A stretch of DNA of 63,964 bases, filler included, from Vicugna vicugna (Eukaryota), in the NCBI GenBank assembly GCA_013265495.1. It is 85 parts of 82 records of this genome, joined end to end, with 100 filler letters (N's around TTAATTAATTAA, not from the genome) between each part and the next. Parts side by side here need not be neighbours in the genome. Positions count along the whole stretch, not along the records: positions 11,188 to 12,135 come from MU059204.1; positions 12,236 to 12,678 come from PNXW01008172.1; positions 12,779 to 13,460 come from MU059206.1; positions 13,561 to 14,991 come from MU059207.1; positions 15,092 to 15,582 come from PNXW01008179.1; positions 15,683 to 16,397 come from MU059208.1; positions 16,498 to 17,327 come from MU059209.1; positions 17,428 to 18,698 come from MU059211.1; 77 more parts are not named here. One strand, written 5' to 3'. Made by a program: the position numbers and the translations under genes. Within the stretch, counting starts at the first letter, position 1; every line of letters begins with the position of its first letter. Below are positions 11,990-24,068 of the stretch, piece after piece. The notes below the pieces were generated by a model. The model saw only the letters and a program-made list of their open reading frames with translations. It was not told the origin of the DNA and did not search any database.

Positions 11990-12778
11990 TGAAGGAGCTC
12001 TGGACTGATTGCACAATTGCAGAGCAGGGAATAGAGAGGAAAAAACTTCATAAGTGGAAGGTGGAAGGCACTGTTGGCAGTAGAATTCTTGTCAATTATA
12101 AAGTAAGGGCCTTCTGTTTGCTGGGATTACCTGGTNNNNNNNNNNNNNNNNNNNNNNNNNNNNNNNNNNNNNNNNNNNNTTAATTAATTAANNNNNNNNN
12201 NNNNNNNNNNNNNNNNNNNNNNNNNNNNNNNNNNNAGTGCTATCTAAAACCTCATCTATGCAAGCAAAGCATTATCTCTGTTTTTAAGGCAAGGAGCCAG
12301 GAGTGAGGATGCACAGGCCCCTGCTTGCAAAGCAGTTACTAAGCATATTTTTTCTTCTTAAATTTGACAGGAGGCTGGGGTCTGTTACAATTTGTTAACC
12401 CAATCATGGGCTCCCACATGGAACCATTATGGAGGACACCTTAGGGTGACAAATCCTGGCTCTGGGCCTTTTCCTGCCAGCTTCAGCCACTCTAGCAGAG
12501 TCTAGGCACATTCCTGAATAATCATCATACAGAACCACCCACACTGTTAACTCCTGGTGCTTGAAACTTAATTTTAGCTCTACACAACTTAATGTAGAAA
12601 AGTTTCAGAAATTAATAAAGATATTATATTCATTTTATATCTCAGCATAGGACTGATTTTTCTGATTGCTCTAAGCTGNNNNNNNNNNNNNNNNNNNNNN
12701 NNNNNNNNNNNNNNNNNNNNNNTTAATTAATTAANNNNNNNNNNNNNNNNNNNNNNNNNNNNNNNNNNNNNNNNNNNN

Positions 12779-13460
12779 GTCTTGGTGGACAGTGTCTTTC
12801 CAGAAACTTGTCCATCTCTTCTATACAGTTTGGTACCATACAGTCTTCATAATATTCTGATATGATATTCTGTATTTCTTTTTTTTTTGTGCAATTTCTC
12901 CATTCTCCTTTCTTATTTTGCTAATTTGTGCTCTCTCTCTTTTCTTCTTTTTGAGTTTGGCCAGAGGTTCATCGATTTTAATTACTTTTTGGAAAAACCA
13001 GCTTTTGGATTGGTTGACTTTTTTCCTATGGTCTTTTTAACCCCTATTTTATTTATTTCCTCCCCAATATTGATGATTTCCTTCCTTCTGCTGNNNNNNN
13101 NNNNNNNNNNNNNNNNNNNNNNNNNNNNNNNNNNNNNNNNNNNNNNNNNNNNNNNNNNNNNNNNNNNNNNNNNNNNNNNNNNNNNNNNNNNNNNNNNNNN
13201 NNNNNNNNNNNNNNNNNNNNNNNNNNNNNNNNNNNNNNNNNNNNNNNNNNNNNNNNNNNNNNNNNNNNNNNNNNNNNNNNNNNNNNNNNNNNNNNNNNNN
13301 NNNNNNNNNNNNNNNNNNNNNNNNNNNNNNNNNCCATGTTTTCCTCTCCTTTGTTTCTCTGTTTTTGATTTCTTGCTTCATGGCATTGTGGTCATTAAAG
13401 ATGCTTGAGGTAATTTCTACCTTCTTAAAATTGCTGAGGTTTCTATTTTGCCCAACCCAA
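12779..13460 (-). mobile_element. LINE-1 ORF2 fragment
   Basis: Antisense to the same L1 region as 22061-22500 (TTTGGCCAGAGGTT, CCAGCTTTTG). Confidence 0.88.
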
Positions 13461-14591
13461 NNNNNNNNNNNNNNNNNNNNNNNNNNNNNNNNNNNNNNNN
13501 NNNNTTAATTAATTAANNNNNNNNNNNNNNNNNNNNNNNNNNNNNNNNNNNNNNNNNNNNGCCTTCGACCACACAGCGCCCTCCTCCCGGGAGCAAGCTG
13601 ACCTGAGGACAGTGCCTGGAGCAGCAGAGTCCGAGCCCTGGACAGGCCGTGGGGGAGATGGGGGCAAATCGACCAGCTTGCCAGGTTGCTGCCCATCTCC
13701 CTGCCGCTGCCCCAGGTTCGTGGATCACTTGTTTTCAAGTCAGTGGTTTCCTGAGAGGCAGGCATGGCGCAGTCGGGAGGCAGGGGCTGCGGGGAGGGGT
13801 GCTGCCCCAAGGGGAGCAGGTGGACTTGCTCCCATCTTCCCCAGGTCCAGACATGAGGACGGCCTCTGCTGCCCCACGTTTGCAGGACACATGTCATGTC
13901 AGCCTGTCCCTGGGAGGAGGGCTCAGTGTACTCGGGGCAGCCTCAGTGGCTGACAAGGAATTTAGAAGTGGGCTCTAGCCCAGCATAACTAACTCTCCTT
14001 TCTTCTCTTGNNNNNNNNNNNNNNNNNNNNNNNNNNNNNNNNNNNNNNNNNNNNNNNNNNNNNNNNNNNNNNNNNNNNNNNNNNNNNNNNNNNNNNNNNN
14101 NNNNNNNNNNNNNNNNNNNNNNNNNNNNNNNNNNNNNNNNNNNNNNNNNNNNNNNNNNNNNNNNNNNNNNNNNNNNNNNNNNNNNNNNNNNNNNNNNNNN
14201 NNNNNNNNNNNNNNNNNNNNNNNNNNNNNNNNNNNNNNNNNNNNNNNNNNNNNNNNNNNNNNNNNNNNNNNNNNNNNNNNNNNNNNNNNNNNNNNNNNNN
14301 NNNNNNNNNNNNNNNNNNNNNNNNNNNNNNNNNNNNNNNNNNNNNNNNNNNNNNNNNNNNNNNNNNNNNNNNNNNNNNNNNNNNNNNNNNNNNNNNNNNN
14401 NNNNNNNNNNNNNNNNNNNNNNNNNNNNNNNNNNNNNNNNNNNNNNNNNNNNNNNNNNNNNNNNNNNNNNNNNNNNNNNNNNNNNNNNNNNNNNNNNNNN
14501 NNNNNNNNNNNNNNNNNNNNNNNNNNNNNNNNNNNNNNNNNNNNNNNNNNNNNNNNNNNNNNNNNNNNNNNNNNNNNNNNNNNNNNNNNNN

Positions 14592-14991
14592 GGGTCACAA
14601 GATAAGTCTACTTTTAGTTTTTTGAGGGATTTCCATGCTTTCCGTAATGACTACACCAAACTGGATTCCCACCAGCAGTGTAAGAGGGTACCCTTCCCTC
14701 TACAGCCTCTCTAGAATTTATCATTCATGAATTTCTGAGCGATGGCCATTCTGACTGGTGTGAGTTGATACTTCATTGCAGTTTTGATTTGCATTTTTTC
14801 ATGTGCCTATTGGCCTTTTGTGTCTTTATTGGGGAAATGCTTGTTTAGGTCTTCTGCTTATTTTGGATCGAGTTGTTTGTTTTTTTGTTATTAAGTTTCA
14901 TGAGCTGTTTATATATTTTGAAAATTAAGCCTTTGTTAGTTGTATAATTTGCAAATATTTTCTCCCATTTGTAGGTTGTTCTTTTGTTTTA
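14592..14991 (-). mobile_element. LINE-1 ORF2 3' fragment
   Basis: TCCCACCAGCAGTGTAAGAGGGT, GGCCATTCTGACTGGTGTGAG. Confidence 0.88.
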
Positions 14992-15091
14992 NNNNNNNNN
15001 NNNNNNNNNNNNNNNNNNNNNNNNNNNNNNNNNNNTTAATTAATTAANNNNNNNNNNNNNNNNNNNNNNNNNNNNNNNNNNNNNNNNNNNN

Positions 15092-15582
15092 GAGAGCTGC
15101 GTGGAGTTTTCTTTCGAGCTCCCCCACGCACTGATAGTGGTTCCGGAATCTTGAGCTTTGGGAGGTTCCACCAACGGTCGGCAGCGCGTGGGTTCTAACG
15201 GAATGCCTAAGCTCGTCTCCCCTGAGGGTTTTCCTAATGTCTCTGTGCCAGGGAATGCTAGGGGTGATTGCAGGATAGTCAGAGGCTGCCTCCCCAAGGT
15301 GAGGGAAGTTATTTCTCGGACTTCCCCGAACAGGGAACACCTGTGAATAAAGAGAGCTTCGTGGAGTTGTCTCTTAAGTTCCCCACGCACTGAAAATGGT
15401 TCCGGAATCCTGAGCGTGTGGAGGTTTCACCACAGGTCGGCAGCGCGTCGGTTCTAACGGAATGCGTAAGCTCGTCTCCCCTGAGGGGTTTACGAATATC
15501 TCTGTGCCAGGGAATGCTAGGGGTGATTACAGGTTACCCCAGTGTCAGAGGCTGCGTCCCCAAGGTCAGGGAAGGTATTTCT
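15092..15582 (-). repeat. SatB satellite
   Basis: Tandem monomers, one with a short deletion near 15277. Confidence 0.93.
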
Positions 15583-15682
15583 NNNNNNNNNNNNNNNNNN
15601 NNNNNNNNNNNNNNNNNNNNNNNNNNTTAATTAATTAANNNNNNNNNNNNNNNNNNNNNNNNNNNNNNNNNNNNNNNNNNNN

Positions 15683-16397
15683 CCGGAATCCTGAGCGTGG
15701 GGAGATTCCACCAACTGTCTGCAGCGCGTGGTTCAAATGGAAAGCATAAGCTCGTCTCCCCTGAGGGTTTTCCTAATGTCTCTGTGCCAGGGAATGCTAG
15801 GGGGGTTTGCAGTATATACCAGTGACAGAGGCTGCCTCCCCAAAGTCAGGGAAGTTATTTCTCGGACTTCCCCGTACAGGGAACACATGTGACTGAAGAG
15901 AGCTGCGTGGAGTTGTCTCTCGAGCTCNNNNNNNNNNNNNNNNNNNNNNNNNNNNNNNNNNNNNNNNNNNNNNNNNNNNNNNNNNNNNNNNNNNNNNNNN
16001 NNNNNNNNNNNNNNNNNNNNNNNNNNNNNNNNNNNNNNNNNNNNNNNNNNNNNNNNNNNNNNNNNNNNNNNNNNNNNNNNNNNNNNNNNNNNNNNNNNNN
16101 NNNNNNNNNNNNNNNNNNNNNNNNNNNAGGTTTTTCTCGGACATCCCCGAACAGGGAACACCTGTGACTGAAGAGAGCTGCGTGGAGATGTCTCTCGAGC
16201 TCCCCCACGCGCTGACAATGGTTCCGGAATCCTGAGCGTGGGGAGATTCCACCAACTGTCTGCAGCGCTTGGTACTAACGGAAAACATTAGCTCGTCTCC
16301 CCTGAGGGTTTTCCTAATGTCTCAGTGCCAGGGATTGCTAGGGGGTTTTGCGGGATATCCCAGAGACAGAGGCTGCCTCCCCATGGTCAGGGAAGGT
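15683..16397 (-). repeat. SatB satellite
   Basis: SatB monomers on both sides of the N gap. Confidence 0.93.
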
Positions 16398-16497
16398 NNN
16401 NNNNNNNNNNNNNNNNNNNNNNNNNNNNNNNNNNNNNNNNNTTAATTAATTAANNNNNNNNNNNNNNNNNNNNNNNNNNNNNNNNNNNNNNNNNNNN

Positions 16498-17327
16498 AAG
16501 TCAAAGTAAATATTTCAGAGTGTATAGGTAACTTGTTGGTGGTTGAAACATCAGTCATTCGTATGATCACAACTCAGAAATGCATGTTTGAGGAATCCGT
16601 GATGCATGAAACATGTTCGAAATACTGAATGCCATGGTTATGTAAACAATGTAAATTACATGTTTATTGATGAGATTTCGCTCAAAAGTGTTTTCTGGTG
16701 CCAAATGTCCGATTTTACAACCTGGTGATAGAAAAACCTATGAAGTCAATGTAAATATTTCTAAGCCTATATACGCCTTGTTTGGTGGATGAATGGTCAG
16801 TAATCCACATGCTCACAAGTCAGAAACGCATGATTGCCGATTCCGTCATGCATGTAGCATGTACGGAACGCGGAATGCCATGTTGTTGGAATTCATGTAA
16901 ATTACATANNNNNNNNNNNNNNNNNNNNNNNNNNNNNNNNNNNNNNNNNNNNNNNNNNNNNNNNNNNNNNNNNNNNNNNNNNNNNNNNNNNNNNNNNNNN
17001 NNNNNNNNNNNNNNNNNNNNNNNNNNNNNNNNNNNNNNNNNNNNNNNNNNNNNNNNNNNNNNNNNNNNNNNNNNNNNNNNNNNNNNNNNNNNNNNNNNNN
17101 NNNNNNNNNNNNNNNNNNNNNNNNNNNNNNGGAATGTCATTGGGATCTATTCAATTTACATATCTCTAGGGTAGAATTCGCTCCAAGAGTGTTTTTCTGG
17201 GATCAAAGTTTGATTCTGGAAGCTGGTGATAGGAAGAAGCTATGAAATCAAAGTAAATATTTCAAAGTGCATAGGTAACTTCTTTGGTGGTGGAAATATC
17301 AGTCATGCGCATGTTCACAACTCAGAA
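16498..17327 (+). repeat. SatA satellite
   Basis: CACAACTCAGAAATGCATG and TAATCCACATGCTCACAAGTCAG motifs. Confidence 0.92.
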
Positions 17328-17684
17328 NNNNNNNNNNNNNNNNNNNNNNNNNNNNNNNNNNNNNNNNNNNNTTAATTAATTAANNNNNNNNNNNNNNNNN
17401 NNNNNNNNNNNNNNNNNNNNNNNNNNNGACATTTACTAAAAATCCACTGCAATCCAGTCTTTTACAAGCATAACCTGGAATATAAGCTCATTGATCCAGG
17501 GGGCCCCACCCCCTTTCTCACTGCCGAGTGCCTTAGTAATCAACTACCAAGGAACCATCATAATGTGCCTTAGTAATCAACTACCACGGAACCATCATAC
17601 AACAACGCGGTAAGTACTTTAGGTATAAATGAGGGAATTAGCTCATTCAATTCTACAACAAATACCATATAATAAATACAGAAC

Positions 17685-17792
17685 TTATTTACAGATAAAG
17701 AAAATTGGAACTCAAAAAAGTAAAGTTACTTCCCCAAGGTCACAAAGCTAATAACTGGTAGAGACAAGATTTGAACTCATCTGCCTGATTCT
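17685..17792. mobile_element. MIR SINE fragment
   Basis: TTTACAGATAAAGAAAATTGG...CCCAAGGTCACA...GATTTGAACTC MIR core. Confidence 0.7.
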
Positions 17793-18528
17793 NNNNNNNN
17801 NNNNNNNNNNNNNNNNNNNNNNNNNNNNNNNNNNNNNNNNNNNNNNNNNNNNNNNNNNNNNNNNNNNNNNNNNNNNNNNNNNNNNNNNNNNNNNNNNNNN
17901 NNNNNNNNNNNNNNNNNNNNNNNNNNNNNNNNNNNNNNNNNNNNNNNNNNNNNNNNNNNNNNNNNNNNNNNNNNNNNNNNNNNNNNNNNNNNNNNNNNNN
18001 NNNNNNNNNNNNNNNNNNNNNNNNNNNNNNNNNNNNNNNNNNNNNNNNNNNNNNNNNNNNNNNNNNNNNNNNNNNNNNNNNNNNNNNNNNNNNNNNNNNN
18101 NNNNNNNNNNNNNNNNNNNNNNNNNNNNNNNNNNNNNNNNNNNNNNNNNNNNNNNNNNNNNNNNNNNNNNNNNNNNNNNNNNNNNNNNNNNNNNNNNNNN
18201 NNNNNNNNNNNNNNNNNNNNNNNNNNNNNNNNNNNNNNNNNNNNNNNNNNNNNNNNNNNNNNNNNNNNNNNNNNNNNNNNNNNNNNNNNNNNNNNNNNNN
18301 NNNNNNNNNNNNNNNNNNNNNNNNNNNNNNNNNNNNNNNNNNNNNNNNNNNNNNNNNNNNNNNNNNNNNNNNNNNNNNNNNNNNNNNNNNNNNNNNNNNN
18401 NNNNNNNNNNNNNNNNNNNNNNNNNNNNNNNNNNNNNNNNNNNNNNNNNNNNNNNNNNNNNNNNNNNNNNNNNNNNNNNNNNNNNNNNNNNNNNNNNNNN
18501 NNNNNNNNNNNNNNNNNNNNNNNNNNNN

Positions 18529-18559
18529 TGTGTGTGTGTGTGTGCACGTGTGTGTGTGT
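18529..18559. repeat. (TG)n microsatellite
   Basis: Directly visible. Confidence 0.9.
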
Positions 18560-18798
18560 AAATCAAATACAATCATGTCTGGGATGTGTACAGTTTTTTT
18601 ATGTCACTGTCATTTCATGGGGATGAGCCAACATTTAAAGTAATGTGAATCTGGTGTTCTGAGAGAGTCTCAGGAACTTGGTGGAGGAGGTGAAAGAGNN
18701 NNNNNNNNNNNNNNNNNNNNNNNNNNNNNNNNNNNNNNNNNNTTAATTAATTAANNNNNNNNNNNNNNNNNNNNNNNNNNNNNNNNNNNNNNNNNNNN

Positions 18799-19005
18799 GG
18801 GTAGAATTCTGCCCAAGAGGATTTTTCTGGGATCAAAGAGTGAATCTTGAACTGGTGATAGGATGAAGATACGAAGTCAAAGTAAATATTTCAGAGTGCA
18901 TATGTAACTTGTTTGGTGGTTGAAATATCAGTCATGCGCATGTTCACAACTCAGAAATGCATGTTTGAGGAATCCGTGATGCATGAAACATGCTCGTAAT
19001 ACGGA
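18799..19005 (+). repeat. SatA satellite
   Basis: CAGTCATGCGCATGTTCACAACTCAGAAATGC. Confidence 0.9.
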
Positions 19006-19105
19006 NNNNNNNNNNNNNNNNNNNNNNNNNNNNNNNNNNNNNNNNNNNNTTAATTAATTAANNNNNNNNNNNNNNNNNNNNNNNNNNNNNNNNNNNNNNN
19101 NNNNN

Positions 19106-19598
19106 ATAAAGGGAAACACCTGAGCACCCATTCATCTGCGTGGAGTGAGGATTCAAATCTCCCCACCACACAAGTTGGGTTCCAGTGTCCTGAGGGTGGG
19201 GTAGTTCCTCCAACTGATATCAGCGTCTTGGTTTTAATAGAATCCCTTTGCTTGTCTTCCCTGATGGTTTGCCTAGGCCAGTGTGTGGTTGAAAGTGGGA
19301 TTTGGGCTCTAAAACTAAGTATCTGCGTGTGCCTCTATAGTGGAGATGTTTAAACTACAACCCACAACTTGGGAATTACTGTGACCCCTGTAAAATGCGT
19401 GTGCTATGTTTCCCCACGTCCAGCACACACAGGAAGATGTGTTCTGGGGTTCTGAGTGTGGGGAGGTTCCTCCAACAGACAGCAGCACCTGGGATTTAAT
19501 AGAATCCCTAAGCTTGACTTCCCTAAGTGATTTCCTAGGCCTAGCAGTAATCGATTGTGGGGGATGTGCTCTAAAGCCAAGTATTAGCGAGTGCATCT
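19106..19598 (-). repeat. SatC satellite
   Basis: Two monomers with CTGAG.GTGGGG and TAATAGAATCCCT. Confidence 0.86.
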
Positions 19599-19698
19599 NN
19601 NNNNNNNNNNNNNNNNNNNNNNNNNNNNNNNNNNNNNNNNNNTTAATTAATTAANNNNNNNNNNNNNNNNNNNNNNNNNNNNNNNNNNNNNNNNNNNN

Positions 19699-20427
19699 AG
19701 GGCTGTTCCTCAGGCTTCCCTGAGCCCACTTCCGGTGTGCAAAACCAAGGCAGATCGTACAGTGGCTCACAGCAGTGGAGCAACTGGCACCCTGATGGGG
19801 TGTGTGGCCCCCCAAATTTTGGGCTGGAATTCAGCCCCTGACCATGGTGCTAGGAGAGGGCATGATGCACACTCCTGCCTGGTCAGTCTGCAACATCTGA
19901 CTGCAGCATCGGACAAGGCAGTGACAAGCAGCCCACAGTAAAGAGAGCTGCTCCAGATGCAGTGTTGGGTGTAGGAGTGATCGGCTTGCAGACAGGCACT
20001 GGGAGCAGCACAAATGGGGGCTCCAATGGAAAGCCTCTGAAAACAGGAAGATGAACTTCCATAGCAGGATGAATAAAGAAAGACTTCACATTAAATGTAC
20101 CCAGTCTCCAGGAGGACACAGACCACACCCTTGTTTTAATCTGTTATTACCTCTTCCATTTTCTATTACCCTCTTAATTTTTACTACTTATTCAATTATA
20201 TATACACCCATTTTAATCCCTTTGACATTTTTAAAAAATATTTTTATTACAATTATTTTTCAAAACTCTGCTTCAACTTCCTCTTATATTATGCATTATA
20301 CATTGTCTTCAAACATTTATTTCCCCTTCTTTAAAATTCTTTATCTCTCTCTCTCTTTTTTCTATTTTCTAAAATGTATTAGTACATAGGCATTAGGTAG
20401 ATAAACTCCTTTAGGACCACATTAGAT
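19699..20427 (+). mobile_element. Probable LINE-1 5' UTR (3' half)
   Basis: GC-rich segment followed by a long pyrimidine/T-rich tract, as seen upstream of L1 ORF1. Confidence 0.5.
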
Positions 20428-20527
20428 NNNNNNNNNNNNNNNNNNNNNNNNNNNNNNNNNNNNNNNNNNNNTTAATTAATTAANNNNNNNNNNNNNNNNN
20501 NNNNNNNNNNNNNNNNNNNNNNNNNNN

Positions 20528-21098
20528 AACACGCCTTCGTGTGTTTGCTGGAGTTGGGGAAAATGAGTCCATACATCTTTATGGGGGCACAGTTTTCCCG
20601 GGATGGGGCTGTAGTTTAAATACCTCCACTGCCCATAGAGAGTCACTTGCTATTACTTGGCTTTATGCCCAAACCCCACTTTTGCTCACAACCCGGCATA
20701 GGAAAAGACTCAAAAATTTCAAGTTAAGGGATCCTAGTAGTTCCCAGGTGCTGCTGTCAGTTAGAGGAGCCTTCCCACACTCAGGATACCAGAAGACTTC
20801 GTGTGTGTGCTAGTGGTGGGGAAACAGAGTCCACACATCTTTCTGGGGGCACAGGTATTCCCAGGTTGTTGGCTGCTGGTTAAACACCACCGGTTCCCAT
20901 GGAGAGGCACTCGATAATACTTGGGTTTAGAGCCCAAACCCCACTAACTCCCCCTGTATTCTGGCCCAGGCAAACCATCAGGGACGACTAGCTAAAGGAT
21001 TCTACTAGAACCCAGGAGCTGCTTTCAGTTGGAGGAACTTCCCCACACTCAGAAATCCGGAACTCAGCCTTGAGTGGGGGGGATTTGTGGGGCCCCAC
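20528..21098 (+). repeat. SatC satellite
   Basis: CCCAGG.GCTGCT.TCAGTT at 20743 and 21011 (268-bp period). Confidence 0.9.
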
Positions 21099-21198
21099 NN
21101 NNNNNNNNNNNNNNNNNNNNNNNNNNNNNNNNNNNNNNNNNNTTAATTAATTAANNNNNNNNNNNNNNNNNNNNNNNNNNNNNNNNNNNNNNNNNNNN

Positions 21199-21960
21199 AC
21201 AACTCCACGCAGCTCTCTTCAGTCACAGGTGTTCTCTGTTCGTTGAAGTCCGAAAAATATCTTTCATGACTTTGGGGAGGCAGCCTCTGTCAGTGGGATA
21301 TCCTGCAAACCCCCCTAGCATTCCCTGGCTCAGAGAAATTAGGAAAACCCTCAGGGGAGTCGAGCTTAGGCTTTCCGTTAGAACCCACGCGCTGCCGACC
21401 GTTGGTGGAAACNNNNNNNNNNNNNNNNNNNNNNNNNNNNNNNNNNNNNNNNNNNNNNNNNNNNNNNNNNNNNNNNNNNNNNNNNNNNNNNNNNNNNNNN
21501 NNNNNNNNNNNNNNNNNNNNNNNNNNNNNNNNNNNNNNNNNNNNNNNNNNNNNNNNNNNNNNNNNNNNNNNNNNNNNNNNNNNNNNNNNNNNNNNNNNNN
21601 NNNNNNNNNNNNNNNNNNNNNNNNNNNNNNNNNNNNNNNNNNNNNNNNNNNNNNNNNNNNNNNNNNNNNNNNNNNNNNNNNNNNNNNNNNNNNNNNNNNN
21701 NNNNNNNNNNNNNNNNNNNNNNNNNNNNNNNNNNNNNNNNNNNNNNNNNNNNNNNNNNNNNNNNNNNNNNNNNNNNNNNNNNNNNNNNNNNNNNNNNNNN
21801 NNNNNNNNNNNNNNNNNNNNNNNNNNNNNNNNNNNNNNNNNNNNNNNNNNNNNNNTGGCACAGAGAGGAAAACACTCAGGGGAGACGTGCTTAGGCTTTC
21901 CGATAGAACCCACTCGTTGCCGACGGTTGGTGGAACCTCCCCACGCTCAGGATTCCGGTA
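21199..21960 (+). repeat. SatB satellite
   Basis: CTCCACGCAGCTCTCTTCAGTCACAGGTG monomer. Confidence 0.92.
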
Positions 21961-22060
21961 NNNNNNNNNNNNNNNNNNNNNNNNNNNNNNNNNNNNNNNN
22001 NNNNTTAATTAATTAANNNNNNNNNNNNNNNNNNNNNNNNNNNNNNNNNNNNNNNNNNNN

Positions 22061-22953
22061 AGTGCTGAGAGGGGAGTTTATAGTGATACAGGCCTTCCAC
22101 AAAAAGTAGAACAACCACAAAAATCAATTTATCCCGCCAGCAGAATGAACTAGAAAAAGAAGAACAAAAAACCCCAAAAGGAAGCAGAAGGAAGGAAATT
22201 ATAATCATTGGGGAGGAAATATATAAAATAGAGATTGAAAAAACCATAGGAAAAAAATCAACCAATACAAAAGCTGGTTTTTTGAAAAAGTAAGTAAAAT
22301 CAACAAACCTCTGGCCAAACTCTGAAAGTAGGAAAGAGAGAGAGCACAAATTAGAATGGAGAAATTAGAAGAAATAAAAAAGAAATACAGAATAACAACG
22401 ATAATACAATGAAAATTTTATGGAAACAAACTGGATAACCTAGAGGAGACGGACAAGTTTCTGGAAACATACTGTCCACCAAGACTGAATCTAGAAGAAA
22501 CTGACCGCTTGAACAAGCAGAGCACTAGAAATGAAATCAGAATAGCAATATAAAACCTCCCAACAAATAACAGTCCATGACCGGACGGCTTCACTGAGGA
22601 ATTCAACCAAACATACAAATAAGAACTCATACCAGTCTTTCTCAAATTCTTCCAGAAGATTGAAAAAGAAGGAACACTCCCAAAGTCATTCTATAAAGCC
22701 ACAATCACCCTGATACCACAACCAGGCAAAGACACTACCAAACAAGAGAATTATACGCCAATATCACTGATGAACACAGACGCAAAAATCCTTACCAAAA
22801 TAGTAGCAAATAGAATCCAAGAACACAGAAAAAAATTTATACATCATGACCAAGTGGGGATCTTGCCAGGGATACTGAGGTGGTTCAACATATGCAAATC
22901 AAACAATATAATACAGCACATAAACAAGAGAAAGGACCAAAACCACATGATCA
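22061..22953 (+). mobile_element. LINE-1 ORF2 fragment (Z domain/RT start), with stops
   Basis: [34 protein letters not shown]...WFNICKS is the L1 ORF2 motif. Confidence 0.95.
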
Positions 22954-23608
22954 NNNNNNNNNNNNNNNNNNNNNNNNNNNNNNNNNNNNNNNNNNNNTTA
23001 ATTAATTAANNNNNNNNNNNNNNNNNNNNNNNNNNNNNNNNNNNNNNNNNNNNGAGTGGTGCTTGTTTCTTGGCTGGCCTGTCATTTCCGTAACACAAGG
23101 ACAACCATATTTGACATTATCTCTAGATGGCTTGAATACACTGCTGAGCTGATTCTTCCAGATCATTAAAATATATATGCACATTATGCTGTGGTCCTCT
23201 CCAATTTGTGGTGTTTTCAGTAATCGTTACCTCCTTGGATACTTTATTACACATTTACTAATTCTTTATCCAATTCAGTTACATTAGTATATAAGATTTC
23301 AGAAGAACTGGTTTCTCAAAATGATGATATTTAACATCTATGGTCTATTTTAAATCAAGTAATTCAATAAGGCTGTCAAGAACAGCAGTGAAGTTTGTGT
23401 GTGGTGATTGCTGCTTCAGCGTCTCCGGTCCTGCCCCATGATCTTGCAGGTAAAAAAACACCTGCATCCTTGTCAATGTCATCACATCAGTCTATTAGGA
23501 GCTGAAATNNNNNNNNNNNNNNNNNNNNNNNNNNNNNNNNNNNNNNNNNNNNTTAATTAATTAANNNNNNNNNNNNNNNNNNNNNNNNNNNNNNNNNNNN
23601 NNNNNNNN

Positions 23609-24068
23609 AAATTCTGTGTTCTGCATTCCATGTTCTATATCCTATATTCAAGATTCTGTATTCTGTATTCTAAATTTTGTGTTATGCATTCGATATTCTA
23701 AATCCTGTATTTAGTATTCTTAATTCTATATTCTAAATTCTGTGTTCTGCATTCCATGTTCTGAATTCTGGGTTCTGTATTCAGTTTTCCATATTCTATA
23801 TTCTCTGTTCTACATTCTATATTCTGTATACTATATTCTGCATTTCGTCTTCTATATTCAATATTCTGTGTTCTACATTCTATATTCTAAATTCTATATT
23901 CAGTATTCTGTATTCTATAATCTAAATTTTAAATTTTGTGTATTCCATGTTCTATATTTTGGGTTCTATATCCTATACTCTATTTTTTATCGTGTGTTCT
24001 TCATTCTATATTCTACATACTACATTCTGCATTGCGTATTCTATATACTATATTATGTGTTCTACATT
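23609..24068 (-). repeat. SatD (ATATTCT)n satellite
   Basis: Degenerate 7-mer array. Confidence 0.93.

Noticed and set aside
13561..13980. GC-rich piece with ORFs in several frames
   Set aside because: Openness is explained by GC content; no recognisable domain or splice structure.
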